Notes under the pieces: generated by a model
What the model saw: the letters and a program-made list of their open reading frames with translations, nothing else
What the model was told of the DNA's origin: nothing
Database searches by the model: none
Program-made: the position numbers and the translations under genes
Part shown: positions 12,971-29,886 of the stretch, piece by piece
Position numbering within the stretch: the stretch's first letter is position 1
Layout of the letters: each line of letters opens with the position of its first letter
Source: Tubulanus polymorphus
Lineage: Eukaryota > Animalia > Nemertea
DNA length: 64,000 nucleotides
Direction of reading: 5' to 3'
Assembly (NCBI RefSeq): GCF_964204645.1
Contig: NC_134027.1
Span: forward strand, 5,736,485 to 5,800,484

Positions 12971-15811
12971 CCTGAACTACTTATCTGTCTATCGAACGTA
13001 TGAAAAACGTTCCAGGAAGTCCACGGGCGTCTGTTATTGCGTCTATTTGTGGTGTTTTTCAACTAATTTACGAGCAAAAATCTTTCAACATGGCCGTCAT
13101 TCACCAGTTACGTGCAGCGCCATCTGTAAACAAACCCACATGGCTTAACTGTCAAATTGGAGAGTAAGGCAACAGCTCATCACACATAGCCCACCTGGGC
13201 GGGAACAAATCCACAGGGACGATCCATCAAACCTGTATCCATTAAGGACATTTCTTGATCTATCTGTCAAACATAGGCTGGGGCCCGATACAACTTTGAC
13301 TACCCCTGCCCCACAGCCACAGCAGTCCTGTAGTCGAACACTCGTGATTGACCTATCACTAGTTTTAGAAGAAAATTCCTATGCTGCTTTTTCTATAAAA
13401 ATCCTGCAAAACGAAGAAATTAACAAGACGTATTTAAATTTCATCAGTTTTTATTGCATGAATTGAATCGATATTTGTACAGTATCAGACTGACAATTTG
13501 TACTTTGATATTCATGTATCATAAAAATACAATAAACCATGAAATCGTACATGTTCATGCTTAAAGTTATCAGATATATATATATGTATATATTACAGTG
13601 AAAGTTTCCTGTCTCAAAAGTTCATCATCATCATCAGCATCATCATCATTTCCACGAAGAGTGAGCAAAATACTTCACAATATATTGCCATATGGACTTG
13701 ATTCGGATAAGGTGGGACAACGAAATAATTACTGGTACTTGAATATATTGAAATTCAAACTGCATTTGTTCTTATTTCATGGTAACCGAACTCTTTTAAA
13801 TAAAGTGGCCAAGAAATTAAGCAATATATTTGTGCTGTTATTCATAGTGTTATTGTTCAAATGAAATACTTGGCTATGCCACTAGATTTAGAAGAGAATA
13901 TCAGATGAAAAATCGAGCAGATAGCAAGCATCCTTCTGTACGTTTCATTAAAAACATTCAAATTTCTTTTGAGCAAACACATGAAATTTACATGGACAAA
14001 TGAATAGGGCCCAATTTGACAGAAAGCATCGCCTTCGAACAGTTCAGTTTTAAAGTGAACATTCATATTTTGCGCGAAAACTGGCCCAGCCAACTAACTT
14101 GATAACCCAATACGTCCTTCAATTCTTTAGGTTACACATGCGTTTGCCTTTCCACATTTCAGGAAAGTCTAATCATGATATCTTTTTATATATATATATA
14201 TAATACTATATATACTAATAAGTGGTTTATTCATACAATTTTACTAATATACAAAATTCGTTATCATGTAGGTATTTATTCAATCATTTTTGTAATGATA
14301 CGGTTTGTAACTATTGCTTTCTTATCGTTCGATAGTTAGCAATCGTTAAACAGGGAGTTCTCATATATATACACAGCACATACGAATATATATATTTACA
14401 AAATATAATATTCATTCATCATCATTGTAATTACAAGTGGCATATTATCATATTCGAAACTTTTGTGTTACCCATTGCCGTTTATGTTCACTGAAGAAAG
14501 ACAATCACGTTCCATAACAGAGTTAGTTAATTTAGCCCTCAATGGAAATTTTCAACACATTCTATAGTCCCAGTGAGTTGATGTAAATGTGTGATGAACT
14601 GTGAAATCTCAATAGTAACACGCTTTTCTTTAACAAGTTATTGAGAACTTTTTCCAGCATGGATGAAGCTGTAGGTTATCCGTAGCGCAGAAGATATTTT
14701 TTCAAAGAACACAGCAGGAGATTGACTTTCATTCGAGAAAAAGAAACTACATTTGGCATACTGTTAATAACATTTTCTTAGCATATTAAGTAAACAAAAT
14801 CAAAGGCGAAAATTACACAATTACTAAGTTACCGATTTGTCAATCACGTCTTCGATTGACATTTCTCGCAACAATCAAATAAATATCACAATTCAATATC
14901 TCAGTATTCGAATAGAAGCAACATCAATTTGTCACTGTGAAACTTTATTGCAGAAAACAATACTCGTTTTTGGTTTAGTTACACCTTAGCCTTTCCAGTA
15001 CCAGTTTACCAATATCCATGGGCCATTAGGGGAGTCTAATCTCATGAATTTTGCATACAAACAAAAGTAATGTCTGCTTGGTTATCGTTGCGGCAAAACC
15101 TCTAAAGAGTCATCAGAAATAATTAGTAGTTTAGAGGACCATGTAGCACCGGTAGGAGATTGGCTTTAGAACCAAGCATCATTTGATTTAAGTACGAACT
15201 AAATATAATAACATTTAAGAGCCAAGTAAAAGCGTAACTTCGTTGTATAATAAATATACCGTACTTCTCTCCCAACCTGTTACTCAAGCACATATACGTA
15301 CGTTCATCAGCACCAATCAAAAATCGATATCGATAATAAGATTCTTTCGGACTAGATCTGATGTATCACTTACACTCATAGAATAATAATAGAATATTTA
15401 TAATTCAGTTTAACAACAGCGAATACAATGCAAAGCTCATGAATTGAACATCGTGTCTCCTCTCTTTTAGTGCTATATGGCCCGTTATGAAAGAAAATAT
15501 ACTAAACTGGAAATAAGATCAACATCATCATCTTCATTTACGAATGACTCTTAATTTCAAGAAAAATGTGGCCCCATTTTTTTTCAAACAAAAAAAAATC
15601 AAAATTCGTTTCTACCGCAGCGTTTGATTTGACGCATCATTTCGTATTCATTACAACTAACGAATGACTGTCTGATAAAGTACAATGAAAATCGAGTTTT
15701 GAGTGTAACCGAATCACTTTAAGGTGAAGATCTTTTCTATCTCAGCGCACAACATTATTAGAAAACGATTGTTTTTTTTTCCATTAAATCATAATAGTCT
15801 GTGAATGTTTA

Positions 15812-17617
<1,806 letters not shown>

Positions 17618-18699
17618 GGCGATTTGTGTTAACTTAATTTACTGAAACGATTAATTACCGATTATTGCCAGCAACAGATAGGAGGACCACAGGGGAAACA
17701 TCTTGTCTGGAGTAAGGAAGTTATGAGGAAACAAATTCTAATACGAGGATAAACAGCGATTTTAAGTAATTTCTACTGTAAATGTCACTAACAAGTAAGC
17801 CATGCCAATACTCAATGCATTAGGCCTATTTCACGTAATTGGCCATTGGCAGCCAGAGTCAAATAGGCTCTGCTTAATTCAAATATGAATCAGTCAGTGA
17901 TGACACAAGAAAAACATAGTATACATTCAATTATTTGAAAGGTAAAATTTTGACCAGGTTTTAACTGATTCTAGAATAAAACAATCCATAAATAGAGAGC
18001 ATTGTAATCGAGATTCCTATCGACTGTATTCCCGAATTACTTTTCTTACACACTAGAATGCTTTGGCTCAAAACCCGACCAAGAATGGAAGGGCAACATT
18101 TACGCAACTGCGTGTGAGCGTGCCCATTTCAAGAGTACAAGACTTGAGATCGTAAGACCAGAAGTTACGTATTCATTTTGACAAACTCCCTAAGACTATT
18201 GACACGTAATGATTGAAACGAGGCTAACATAATTCACTTATCAACTAAACTGGTTATATGATGAAGCCCTCCCCCATACTCTATTACAAAAAGTAAGTTT
18301 TACTACATTTACTATTAACCACACTCCCCCTCAGCATGTCTCAGCCTGCTCGTGTCCTGGATCCAGTTGCGTACCCTCAACTATGCTGAAAAAGAACATT
18401 TTCACAAATATGCTAAACAATATCCATGATTCTGGGATACGAGTTTGTGGGTGGAGATGGGTGTTTTTCCAAATGTAGTTTTTTAACATTTCTGGACGCA
18501 CTCCACTCAGCTGTTTTTCACCTGAAGCTTTTATCATTCAAAGCATTACACGACCAACCTGTAAATCAATATCTGGATTAATAGATTCGGTAACCTTAGG
18601 TGTGTATAAATAATTAACCTTACCAGTCGTAATTAATTAGTTAATTAGTTAAATCGTAGTTTATTTCGACAGTCGAAGGAATCTTTAATCCACCTTCTC

Positions 18700-19047
18700 T
18701 CTCTCAATATGGCGTCTCGTGACCTGTGACGTCACACACTTCCGTGTTTCCTCGTTTTGAAAATACGCCTTCCAAAATTCAAATAATATATTACCAGCAT
18801 TCTTTTAGAAATAATTTAATGATATCACGGAAATACTTAAATAAAAATATTTTATGCAGAAAAATGCGACAAATATTTAAATGGTTTGCTATTTAGGATA
18901 GTATTCATTCAGGTATTAAAGAAATAACGGGTGTATAATTTCGATGCGACAATTTGACCTAGATGTGTAGAATTACAGGAAAATTCAATTTACAGCTGAT
19001 CAAAATCATCATTTCATCATCAAACAACGCGTGACAGTTACTAAACG
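18700..19047. promoter_or_regulatory. Probable bidirectional promoter RAB7 / EEF1AKMT2
   Basis: Head-to-head genes; ATGGCG (YY1-like), GTGACGTCAC (CRE palindrome) and ACTTCCG (ETS) are clustered at ~18709-18745. Confidence 0.6.
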
Positions 19048-20632
19048 ATGTCTGATCCTGTGATCGAAACCTCGAATAATGAATTGCCACCATCTAAATT
19101 AGGAACAAAGGAATAGTATGGTTAATATTAACGGTCTAAGTCATTTAATCTTTGTCTGACCTACCCGTACCACTTGTTGACGTTGTGTGTGGCACTCTCC
19201 ACTACGGTTATCACAGGACACCAGTCCAACAAACTGATTATAATCTACCAAGGCAGAAAATAGCCCCTTCTGCATTTTGGACTTGATTTTTTATGATAGG
19301 ATATGTGTTGCTGGGGGATGAAATCCTTAAAATTTCATGACCAAGAAAATCCTAAAAACTATAATTTGCCAAAATATCTACAGAAATTCTGACAATTTAG
19401 AAATCCATAGAAAATTTTTTTGCCTGATATCTGCGAAATATGGACAAATTCATAGACCTGGCTATGCTACTCAAGTCCCGAATGAAGCCATATTTAGGTT
19501 TATTACACAATCACACATGGATTAAAAAGAATTATTCCTGATAGAACAAATAAAAGTCTGAATACCAGTCGTTGTTAACGGTTCCCTACAACGTTATTTG
19601 TAGAACAACGGCTAGGTACTAGACTAGAACAAATACTGATACTAAATATATTTCTTTGCAGTTGGGAAGATGCTTATGATAAAGAACTTGTCAATTACAA
19701 TGACAGCGGAGATATTGGAGAAGTTTGGTATGTTCTCAGTAGTTATAGAAATAATGTGGTTTCTTGACAAAATATATGGCCTGTAACGCAGTTAGGGTGA
19801 ATCATAATTCAGGTTTGGTTATGACAGCATGTCACGAGTTATACGTTGGATCGAGGAGAGTGAAGATATCAACACCGAAATGAGTGTTATCGATTTGGGT
19901 TGTGGCAATGGAGCGATGTTAGTCGAATTGGTGAGTCAATTTTTTTGCCAGCTGAAAGACATTTTGAGAAAAGCCAGTAATAAATCGTTGTAATGAATGT
20001 TTATCTGCTTCCATGTTTAGGCTGAATTAGGTTTCTCAAATTTAACTGGTGTGGATTATTCTGAAAATGCCGTGAAATTAGCAAAATCAGTTGCTGAGAA
20101 GGATAATTTAGACATTTCATATGAGGTAACCTTCTCTGACTATGATGATTATATGAAACATAAGGCGTTTTCAACTGGAGTAAGTTTTGAACACTCGAAA
20201 AATGTATCTTTTGTAATCCTTTTACAGGTCATGGATATATTAGAATGTTTGAATGAAGACATGAAGTATGATGTATGCATTGATAAAGGGACTTATGACG
20301 CAATCAGTTTAAATCCAGATGATGCTCATGGATGTAGATTGCGATATATAGAAAATGTTTTGAAAATGTTAAAAGATGACGGATACTTTATTATTACTTC
20401 ATGTAACTGGACTTTGAATGAATTGTTATCTCAGTTTGATAAAGGTAAATTAAGTAGCCTTAGATCAGGTTTGGTGTTTGAAGTCAAGTGTCTTATTCTT
20501 CTATTATTTATGTTTTTTACAGATTTTCAACATATTCACACAGTTCCGACACCTAGTTTTCAATATGGTGGCAAACAAGGAAATTCTTTTACATCTGTTG
20601 TATTTAAGAGAGATGTTTTGAGTAGTCAATAA
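19048..20632 (+). CDS. EEF1AKMT2: eEF1A lysine methyltransferase 2 (METTL10/Efm4) (exons 19048-19115, 19662-19727, 19813-19930, 20021-20125, 20228-20444, 20523-20632)
   Basis: PSKLGTKEYWEDAYDKEL, GEVWFG, SAM motif DLGCGNG, GVDYS, DKGTYDAISL, ITSCNWT, PTPSFQYGG. Confidence 0.94.
19555..19625. mobile_element. Short hairpin/MITE-like element (family also present at 39900-40023)
   Basis: Imperfect inverted ends AGTCTGAATACCAGTCGTTGTT ... AACAACGGCTAGGTACTAGACT. The same AGAACAACGGCTAGGTA motif recurs at ~40002. Confidence 0.5.
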
Positions 20633-21443
20633 AATATTGTATACATTTTTCATAGAAATTGAGTTGTTCATTGATGAATGGTGAATATAGATGCAGTGTT
20701 ATCCTAAGTCAAAATTTAACATGGGATATCTGGGAAAATCTGAAGGCATCCTGGTTTAACCAATATAATAATCCACATGAAAGAAAAACTTCTGATGGAT
20801 TTAACAAAGTTGCCTGAATCCATGCTGCGCTTCTCTAAATTCAGTTCATTGAAGTTCAAGAATGACTACCAAGACATGGATCCTTTAACCCAAGAAGCAA
20901 ATTCCTAAGTGCATGGAATGAAAAGAATGAATGCTAGTAATTTAGCCAAATATCTTGATTTATTTTACGATTTACCCAAGCACATAATTTCGGCAAATAC
21001 TGATTTAACAATTAATTATATGTACCAAGTATGATGTATACTAGGGAAAAAGTGAAGAACATATCCATAATGCCTCGTTCCAGACAAAAAGTAACATTCA
21101 CACATTTTTTTCTAAGTAAACACTTAAGTTCAGGGAATGATAGTTTATACATCCCCTCGGAACCCACTCTCTGATCTCGGAGATGATTATTCCTACATCC
21201 AACATAATCTTGAAGTTATTAAGATTTGTAGTTCAATAGAAGATACAAAACATTTACTCATGTAGAGAAATACAGTACACCTAATAGCTAGCTATTTAAG
21301 CAAACATAACTTTACCATCATTTTTCATTATTTCAACAATAAACGAACATCATGCAAATTTCTACGTAATTTAACAATTTGTTTTAGTAATAAATGGCAT
21401 ATAAAAATGGATTCATACTTGTTGACGATTGTCTCTGTTCTGT

Positions 21444-21447
<4 letters not shown>

Positions 21448-21477
<30 letters not shown>
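21448..21477. repeat. (TA)n microsatellite
   Basis: Uninterrupted TA run. Confidence 0.9.
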
Positions 21478-21480
<3 letters not shown>

Positions 21481-22939
21481 TGATAATATAATGATAATAA
21501 TACTATTAATCAATATTATAATTCTTTACATAACCTTTTAACATATATCTATGTACACAAGGGTGCAACTGTGGCAATTAAATCAAATCTTCGAGCACCA
21601 GGATAGACCGTCCTACTGCGACATTTGCAAAAGATAAAACAGCAAAGTTACAATAATTAGAACTACGTCGTAGGTCACATTGAAAGAGAAGTGGTGCTCA
21701 AAGAATTAATTTAACATCTACATAATGAATACCATGAATGATATACAAATATACGGTACGTGATAAAATGTGATAAGCAATTTGATCTGGACCATAGCCA
21801 TCTTAGTTTATCATTTCAGTTCTTCAGAACTATGAAGAGTGTCGAATGCCTTTCCATCTCAATTGACTTAACAAAATCAGTTTGACCAAAGTATACAACT
21901 ATCAAATCCATGTAGTATAATGTATATACATATTGCAAGTACAGTTATGATACAAATACTGGCTGTAGGTGTGACTATTAAATAATATATACATTCAAAG
22001 GCCTCTTCAAAGTTTATTCTTTACAAAAACAAAATAACGATCTACCGGCACTTGTATAATGAGGTGATCACGTACAAACCGAAACAAAACCGAAGGATTT
22101 TCATTCTTTTAAAAATGAAATCAGGTATCATTTGATGCTTGTATGTTGAAACATACTCGACAATCTGCTGGGTAAATATTTGATATTTCCATGACAACGT
22201 GTCCGCAAGTGCTGTATTAACCTAGCAACAAGACCTACATAGTGTTTAGTTGCTGCATGGTTTATTGGCCCCGACAATTAAATTAGCAATCTTGTATAAT
22301 TTTACAGCCTTGTTTGATTACTAATTAATCTTATCTCAGTGACTAACTGCACTGAGACTAAGCGATTTGTACTATTACTCCAAGATTTATGGACAAAGTT
22401 TCTTTAAATAGCCATTTTGCAAGTACATAATCAATAAATTAATTCTATAATCTAAATCTTTCTGATATTTTCATGCATTATCATTTTATCATTTTGTATC
22501 ATTTCTTACATCAAGCTCAAAATGGCAGTAAAAAAAAGTAACCTTAACTACCTAATTAATGCTTTCCACATCTTCATGTTTCATGGCACTTATAAAAATT
22601 CTAAGTTCCTTGAATTATTAAGAATAACCCATAAGACTATCATAGCAACTATATACTGTAACCAGGGGCGTCAGAATCAATACAAGTGGAACTATACACC
22701 ATACATTGCACCATTGCCAACCCAAAGCAAACAAGCATTTCTGAATCCTTGATTGCTTGAATGTTCTTAGTCTTAATTCCTAAAAATCAAAGCAATTCAA
22801 ATTCAAAGCAAAATATTAATGAAATTTTTTCGTAATTTGAGGAAAAACTAAAATAAAACATTTTGAACTAAAATGCGGAACTTATTAAAAATGGGAGTCG
22901 TCCGCGCCCCAGAAGCCCCTCTGGTGATGCGCATGGTAA

Positions 22940-25231
22940 TTAAACATTATTAACACTGTTTCTCGCAGCAAGGAATGGGATGTTATTACCTTCTTGTTCA
23001 AAGGCTTTAAATGCATGAGTGAGCTTACGAAATTCATTAGACAAATTCGAAAATTCATCGTGAAGCTCTTTGAATTTTGCTTCGCGGTGTTTTACGTATG
23101 TGATAAGATTATTGATTATTTTCTGTGCTTCGAACATATCTTGAGGCACCGCAGACTGCATAGCTAGGTTCGCCAGTATCGGCGTACCCTGTTGGGCGAT
23201 ATTCGAAGACAGATTTTGCACCAAACCAGCCGGAGAGAGCTGAAACAACGCCGATGGCAAACAAGGAACAACTGAAAGTCCACCGGGAATGCTGGCCTGG
23301 GGTATGAGAGGGATATCTGTCGTTAAGTTGTTGGCATTAGGAGAGACTTGAACTAGTGGAGTTGTACGTGGTAAATATGAGGCTGAGGATAAGACCGTAG
23401 ATGGCGGTCCAGCCATTAGAAGATGTGACTGTAATCCTTTTCTCGTATTTAACTGTTCATCTTCATCAGACAACGCATCCTCTGTAGCCTCGGAGTCAGT
23501 CTGTTGGTCTGTCTTCTCATAACTATCATCTACTGGTTCTGATTTAATGAGAAGTGATCCAGCTGGGTCGGTTTCAGAATTATGAGACTCATACCCTTGA
23601 TCAACTGGCTCTTGTTTGATTTCAGATTCGTCCGAAGTCTGACTCAGCGGTTTATCGACTGCTGCGGATGACGTACCTGGAAATGAAAATTTTTATCATA
23701 TAGCTATAAACGATGGGAAAAAGAGAAGAGCTCTTGACACAAATATTGGTGTTGGTTGAAAAGGCCCAACAGAATAATAGATTCAGATGAGTTAACTAGT
23801 GTTTTCCGTGTGCTGGAATTTTAAAGGGCTGCATTTATCGTTAAGTGTATGACATTGTGGCTGCTGAAGTAGCAAGGCTTTGATCCCCCAAAAATTACAG
23901 AAACTCAAGCTTTATTTTGGTGTCATCTAGTATTTCTGGTAGGGGCAGCAGCCTATCTGAACCTACTTTTGGCACTTCAACTTTTGGACAGTGAGCATTC
24001 TCCTGTCTAGCGCTTTGGAATAAATCAAATCTTTCTGATTTGTTTCATCTCAATCCGGATCAGTTTAACAGAAATCTCAAAACCACCTTGTTCTGTGACT
24101 ATTATGATAAGATTTTCACAGAGGGCGCATTTGACTGCATCATAGGATCCTTGCCCCATTTAAGAACAATTTACTATTACTATTATCATTATTATCATAC
24201 TTTAAAAGGGGTGGCTTATTTTCAGAGGGGTGGATGTAAAAAAGAAAGGGGTAGGCGCCTCTCTAAAACCAGTTGAGGAGAACTCTCCTTCAGAATGCAT
24301 GAAGATCCTGGGATACAGAAACTAGTTACTGTACCTTCATTTGTAGAGTCTGAGACAGTTATATTAGCATCCAGTTTAATGGCATTATTCCAAAATCGTG
24401 TACGTCTGTATATAGCAGCCTGCAATGAAATTTCGAAAAAACTTTTGCATTGACAATATCACTTAATTAAAAGCCAATTCGTTATCTTTTGCTTTTTGTT
24501 TGAACAACAGAGTAATCTATCGAAAAAATTTGAATGATTGGTCTTCTAATTGATTTAGGTCATTATTCCCGTTCCAGACACATAGTGGATACGAATAATT
24601 TATCAATTTCCGCGACATGCTTACATCATTTGGTTTTTCCATGATACCCGTGAAGAAATGCCCGGCTCTCTCGCTGTCTGTGGTGATTTTTACGTATGGA
24701 AACGCTTGCTGTACGAGGAACACTAAAGCCTTCTGCGTCATCGGTCCAAACACACGACATGCCCGCATCAGTACAATGTGACTCGAAATTTTCAACGTTT
24801 TCGCTTTCGGGCAAAAAACATACGCCGATTGCAACCTTGGAAAACATCATTAAACAGCGATATTTATAATAAGGAATAAGTAAATACAGCAGTTACATAC
24901 TACAGTTTTTGAGTAAACTCATTTACCATTTTTTGACTCTCTGTTGTTTTTCAGTCAGTCGGTTGCTTTTCCTGCTTTTAGAAACGGTCATCACACGGAC
25001 ACATTTTTTCTTCACCGGTGGACCACACTGCACGTTCCCAACGTAATCCGATTTTGACATACACATGCGGTATTGGGCACTGGTAGATTTTGGAGCCAAA
25101 ACTGGCTTTATATTAGACGGCTTCGGTAGCAGTAACAACTGAGGAGACACTCCACCGTTCAGGTTGCTGTTGAGTACGTAGTTTGCCATGAAAGGTCCCA
25201 AATTAACTAAATCATCTTCATTGTTTGCCAT
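22940..25231 (-). CDS. Uncharacterised ~445-aa nuclear protein with divergent RFX-like winged-helix domain (exons 25231-24927, 24835-24625, 24419-24335, 23676-22940)
   Basis: Four GT-AG exons join in frame (305+211+85+737 nt). Contains basic NLS-like PPVKKK, the segment VKKWLQSAYVF...ACRVFGPMTQKALVFLVQQAFPYV...HFFTGIMEKP, IKQEPVD/IKSEPVD motifs, a P/Q/S/L-rich region and a C-terminal coiled-coil-like helix. Confidence 0.75.
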
Positions 25232-25638
25232 CACGGCCACGGATAAAATATCTAGAAATAAAAAACAGCGTAGCATGGAAATATAGGTCTACTAGGAAAT
25301 TATAAATGAAAATCTTTTCTCAAGACATCTCCTGTTAAATCGTCTTTTATAAAGAAAAATCACAGTTACATTTAAAGTTACATTTTGTTATATTTAAGGG
25401 GCCCTTAGCGTAAAACTTAAGAAGTCAGAACTTGTTTTCAGACACGGCCGCTTAGTCTGATATCCGGTTCTAATACCAATAGACGCCGCGGCATTAGTCT
25501 TATATCTCCGCGCCTAGTCGTCTTACCCTTAATTAATATCAGGTAATCCCTCCCTCTTTTGTCCAATCGATTAGTGGTAACAATCTTCATTGACAATATG
25601 AGATTTCTACACAAGTTTTTTGCATCACACAGGCAGTG

Positions 25639-25662
25639 ATATATATATATATATATATATAT
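25639..25662. repeat. (TA)n microsatellite
   Basis: Uninterrupted TA run. Confidence 0.85.
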
Positions 25663-25771
25663 ACACATGGATTGTATTGTATGAAGAGGTGTGGTTAATA
25701 CTCGTTGTTGCGAAGCTGCCATCAGTCCCTACGTAATAACGTAATCAATGTGGCTATTTCAAATTCTAGCT

Positions 25772-25922
25772 GGAACCATGGCAACCGAGCGCGGAATTAC
25801 TAAATATCGCCAAAAAAGACGTAAAAACATACCGACGGACGCCGAAATGACGACAAGTTACGTCTGCTGCGTTAGATTAAACGCGCGCGCGATTTATGTC
25901 TCGAAATTGTTGCCATAGAAAC
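25772..25922. promoter_or_regulatory. Two X-box motifs at the 5' end of the RFX-like gene
   Basis: GGAACCATGGCAAC (25772-25785) and GTTGCCATAGAAAC (25909-25922) flank a minus-strand GTATGT donor near 25830. Confidence 0.55.
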
Positions 25923-27099
25923 GTTTTCCCATCTCTATTAATTCTGGCGTTCGAATTAAACATTTTTGTCATGATTTGATCATTATTGAGTCGCGTCGGT
26001 AGATGCAACATTGTGTCGTGGGGGAAACATTTTCATAACGAAAAAGAAATCCTCATAGTTACGCGAGTCCTGATTTATGGAATTTGTTGCCTAAATATAA
26101 ATAGCGAGTCCATATGAAGAGACTAAAAACTGACTGCTTCAACGAAACTTATAATAATTGAAATTGCTCGGCATAGTTTTACATTTATATAAGTATATTG
26201 CTTATCCTGTTTTAAAGCATTTTTCTCAAATTAAAGGAGTTTCAAGCACCTTTAAGAGCATTTTCTATTTAGAAGGAGTTTTTAAGGGATTGAAGGAGTC
26301 GTAAGGACCCTGCTGTAAAGAGAATCTGGAGCTATATTATAAGAATGAAGATTATTATCATTATTATCATAAATACCGCGTCACGGGTATTTTTTAACAG
26401 TTTTACTCAACGACACTGATTGATACTCATTATTGAGATCAACGCGTTTAAATTATCATCAAATATAAGAGACAAGAGAATCAATATTTGAAGTGTGTTG
26501 CTGAATGGTTTCAGCGCTATGCATAGAATACTGAACGTTTTCCCATATTATTGAAATGATTACTTTTTTCTATCTTTCGCATATTTCTCATTGAATCATG
26601 AAAAAATAACAAATCAATCATTATATATGATATGTGAATGAATAATTCTCCCCTTTCTAAATTTCAAAAGTAGAATTTCCTATAGACCCATCTTTATAAT
26701 GGGTCGATCATGACAGGAATAACATTTTTTGAAACTGAAATTAATGTAGCCTGAAATTCAACCACAGGTTATGATTTTCAATAATTCAATTCAACAATTG
26801 AATACCCAGTAAACACAAATCGTTCCATCTCCGATCCAGTTCCACAGGTGCTGATTTGAATTTTAGAATTAAAATAATGTTTTCCCAAATTAAGCAATAC
26901 TTTATAGTAGATAACTCGTAAGACTGCGCAGAAATATTGAAAAGCAAAAATTGAAGAAATATCGTTACACGTTTAAATATTCATGAGGAGAAATGATACG
27001 TTAAAATCTCAAATCTATATGATATAGTGCCCTCAAGTGTCTTCAAACGTAAAAAAATTTAATAATCAGTTTTGCATTTGTTCCATTACTAATACATAC

Positions 27100-28420
27100 C
27101 GCTGATGCCTGTGTATGAAGTTTAAGCTGTCAACTGACACCGGTTTACTTCAAGTAGGCCTAGACAAAATCATCAATTTGCAGACAACCCGTCTTTACAC
27201 CATTCGCATTTCTTAATACTTCAGATCTAGGCAGCTCCCGTCGTCCGTAGTAAAGAATAAAACTGCAAAAATGAGGAATATAACTGGTCGGTTACCATGG
27301 CGATATGTCGTGGAAGATCAGTACGGCATATTAGCCACGAGATGTAACTGCCTACGTTGCGAGTATTTCAGAAACTGTGTTGCATAGCAACAGTCGGATG
27401 AAGTGCTCCTATTGGTATCCATGGAGTCGCAAGTTATATTCAGATAATACATTACATGCATACATATACCGGCGGTACAATCAAAACGTTCATCTCTGAC
27501 CGAGACTAATCCAATCATGGAATAAATTCAAATAATCCTAGATTTTAACTGTTCAAATCAAAGCGAATGCAATTTTGAAATTGATTTTGATATTCATCTC
27601 CTACGGATTAGTTTAGCGAAAATTATTTTAACTAGAATAAATCAATTCAATGGTACATGCTTACTCTCTGCATTTGAAAATTTCTAAAACTGTCTTTGAA
27701 CCCGATTTTGTTAATAGGTCTAAGCGATAATTGCCTCACCCCGAGAGTATGGAATTAGATTTTATAAGTCATGACTCATAGTTACCAAAAATAATCATGA
27801 ATTGTTTAGGGTAATGAATGAGAAAGCGGCAGTTTCCAATCGACACTACCAATTACGTAGCCTAATCAAGGTATGACTGATTGGAAAAATTGACACTTTC
27901 ATTTTAGAAATCAAAATTTCATGCTTGTTAAAAATTAGATTTTATTGAACTCTACATATAGATAGGCTATATAAACATGAAAAAGAAAAAAATTTTATTC
28001 AGAACATGTAGCCACTTCAGCGCAAAGCCTGACAACAGATTTTGCTGTTCCCACAATATTACACGGACGTCACAATGTCAATGACAAGCACTGAATGAAG
28101 CAGAAACGAAAATTGAATTCTTATAATTTCATCTAAATTAATGATCAGTGATCCCCAGCTTTAAATGTTAACACTTATTGCACAATGCACATGCATCTGC
28201 ACACATCTATAAAAAAAAGCAGAACTTAAAGTAGACCTTACTCAAACTAACTACAAATAAAAACTTTAGACTGTTGTTACTGTATCATCAAACCCCTGGC
28301 GCCCCTCTTCTGGGTCGAATGGGCTGCATTTCAAATGCTTTCTGCTAGCTATTAAATGTTGATATTTACTTACCATGAGGTAAAAGTGAAGGCAAATCAT
28401 AAAGTATCGAACCCAGACGA
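27100..28420 (-). other. Candidate upstream non-coding exons of the RFX-like gene
   Basis: Minus-strand donor GTAAGT at ~28372; internal exon ~27263-27100 bounded by TTTTTGCAG and GTATGT; no convincing ORF. Confidence 0.35.
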
Positions 28421-28728
28421 GCCACTCATTTCAGATTAATTGGCTCCAACGTCTCTATTTTGTTTTAAACACGGTGCGTTGTTTAGTAAATAGAGCTTCA
28501 TTAGTTCCATTCAATTAGTTCAGCGTATGACCGCATAGCAATTGTGGCAGCACAATACGGTAACAAGTTAATTGTAAGCGCGCGGGTGGCCGGTAAAATA
28601 CGACCGTATGGTGGCGCCATCAATGCGTCAAATCATTACACTAACCCGGAAATAGGATTTAGAGGGAACGAAGCCGGTTCGTTTTCCTATTAATATTTTT
28701 AAAATCCGTCGTCATCCTACTTGTGAAA

Positions 28729-29886
<1,158 letters not shown>

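Noticed and set aside
24626-24850. Alternative frame VAIGVCFLPESEN... for the orphan gene exon
   Set aside because: Incompatible with the phase-2 upstream donor and ends in a stop; the other frame splices through.
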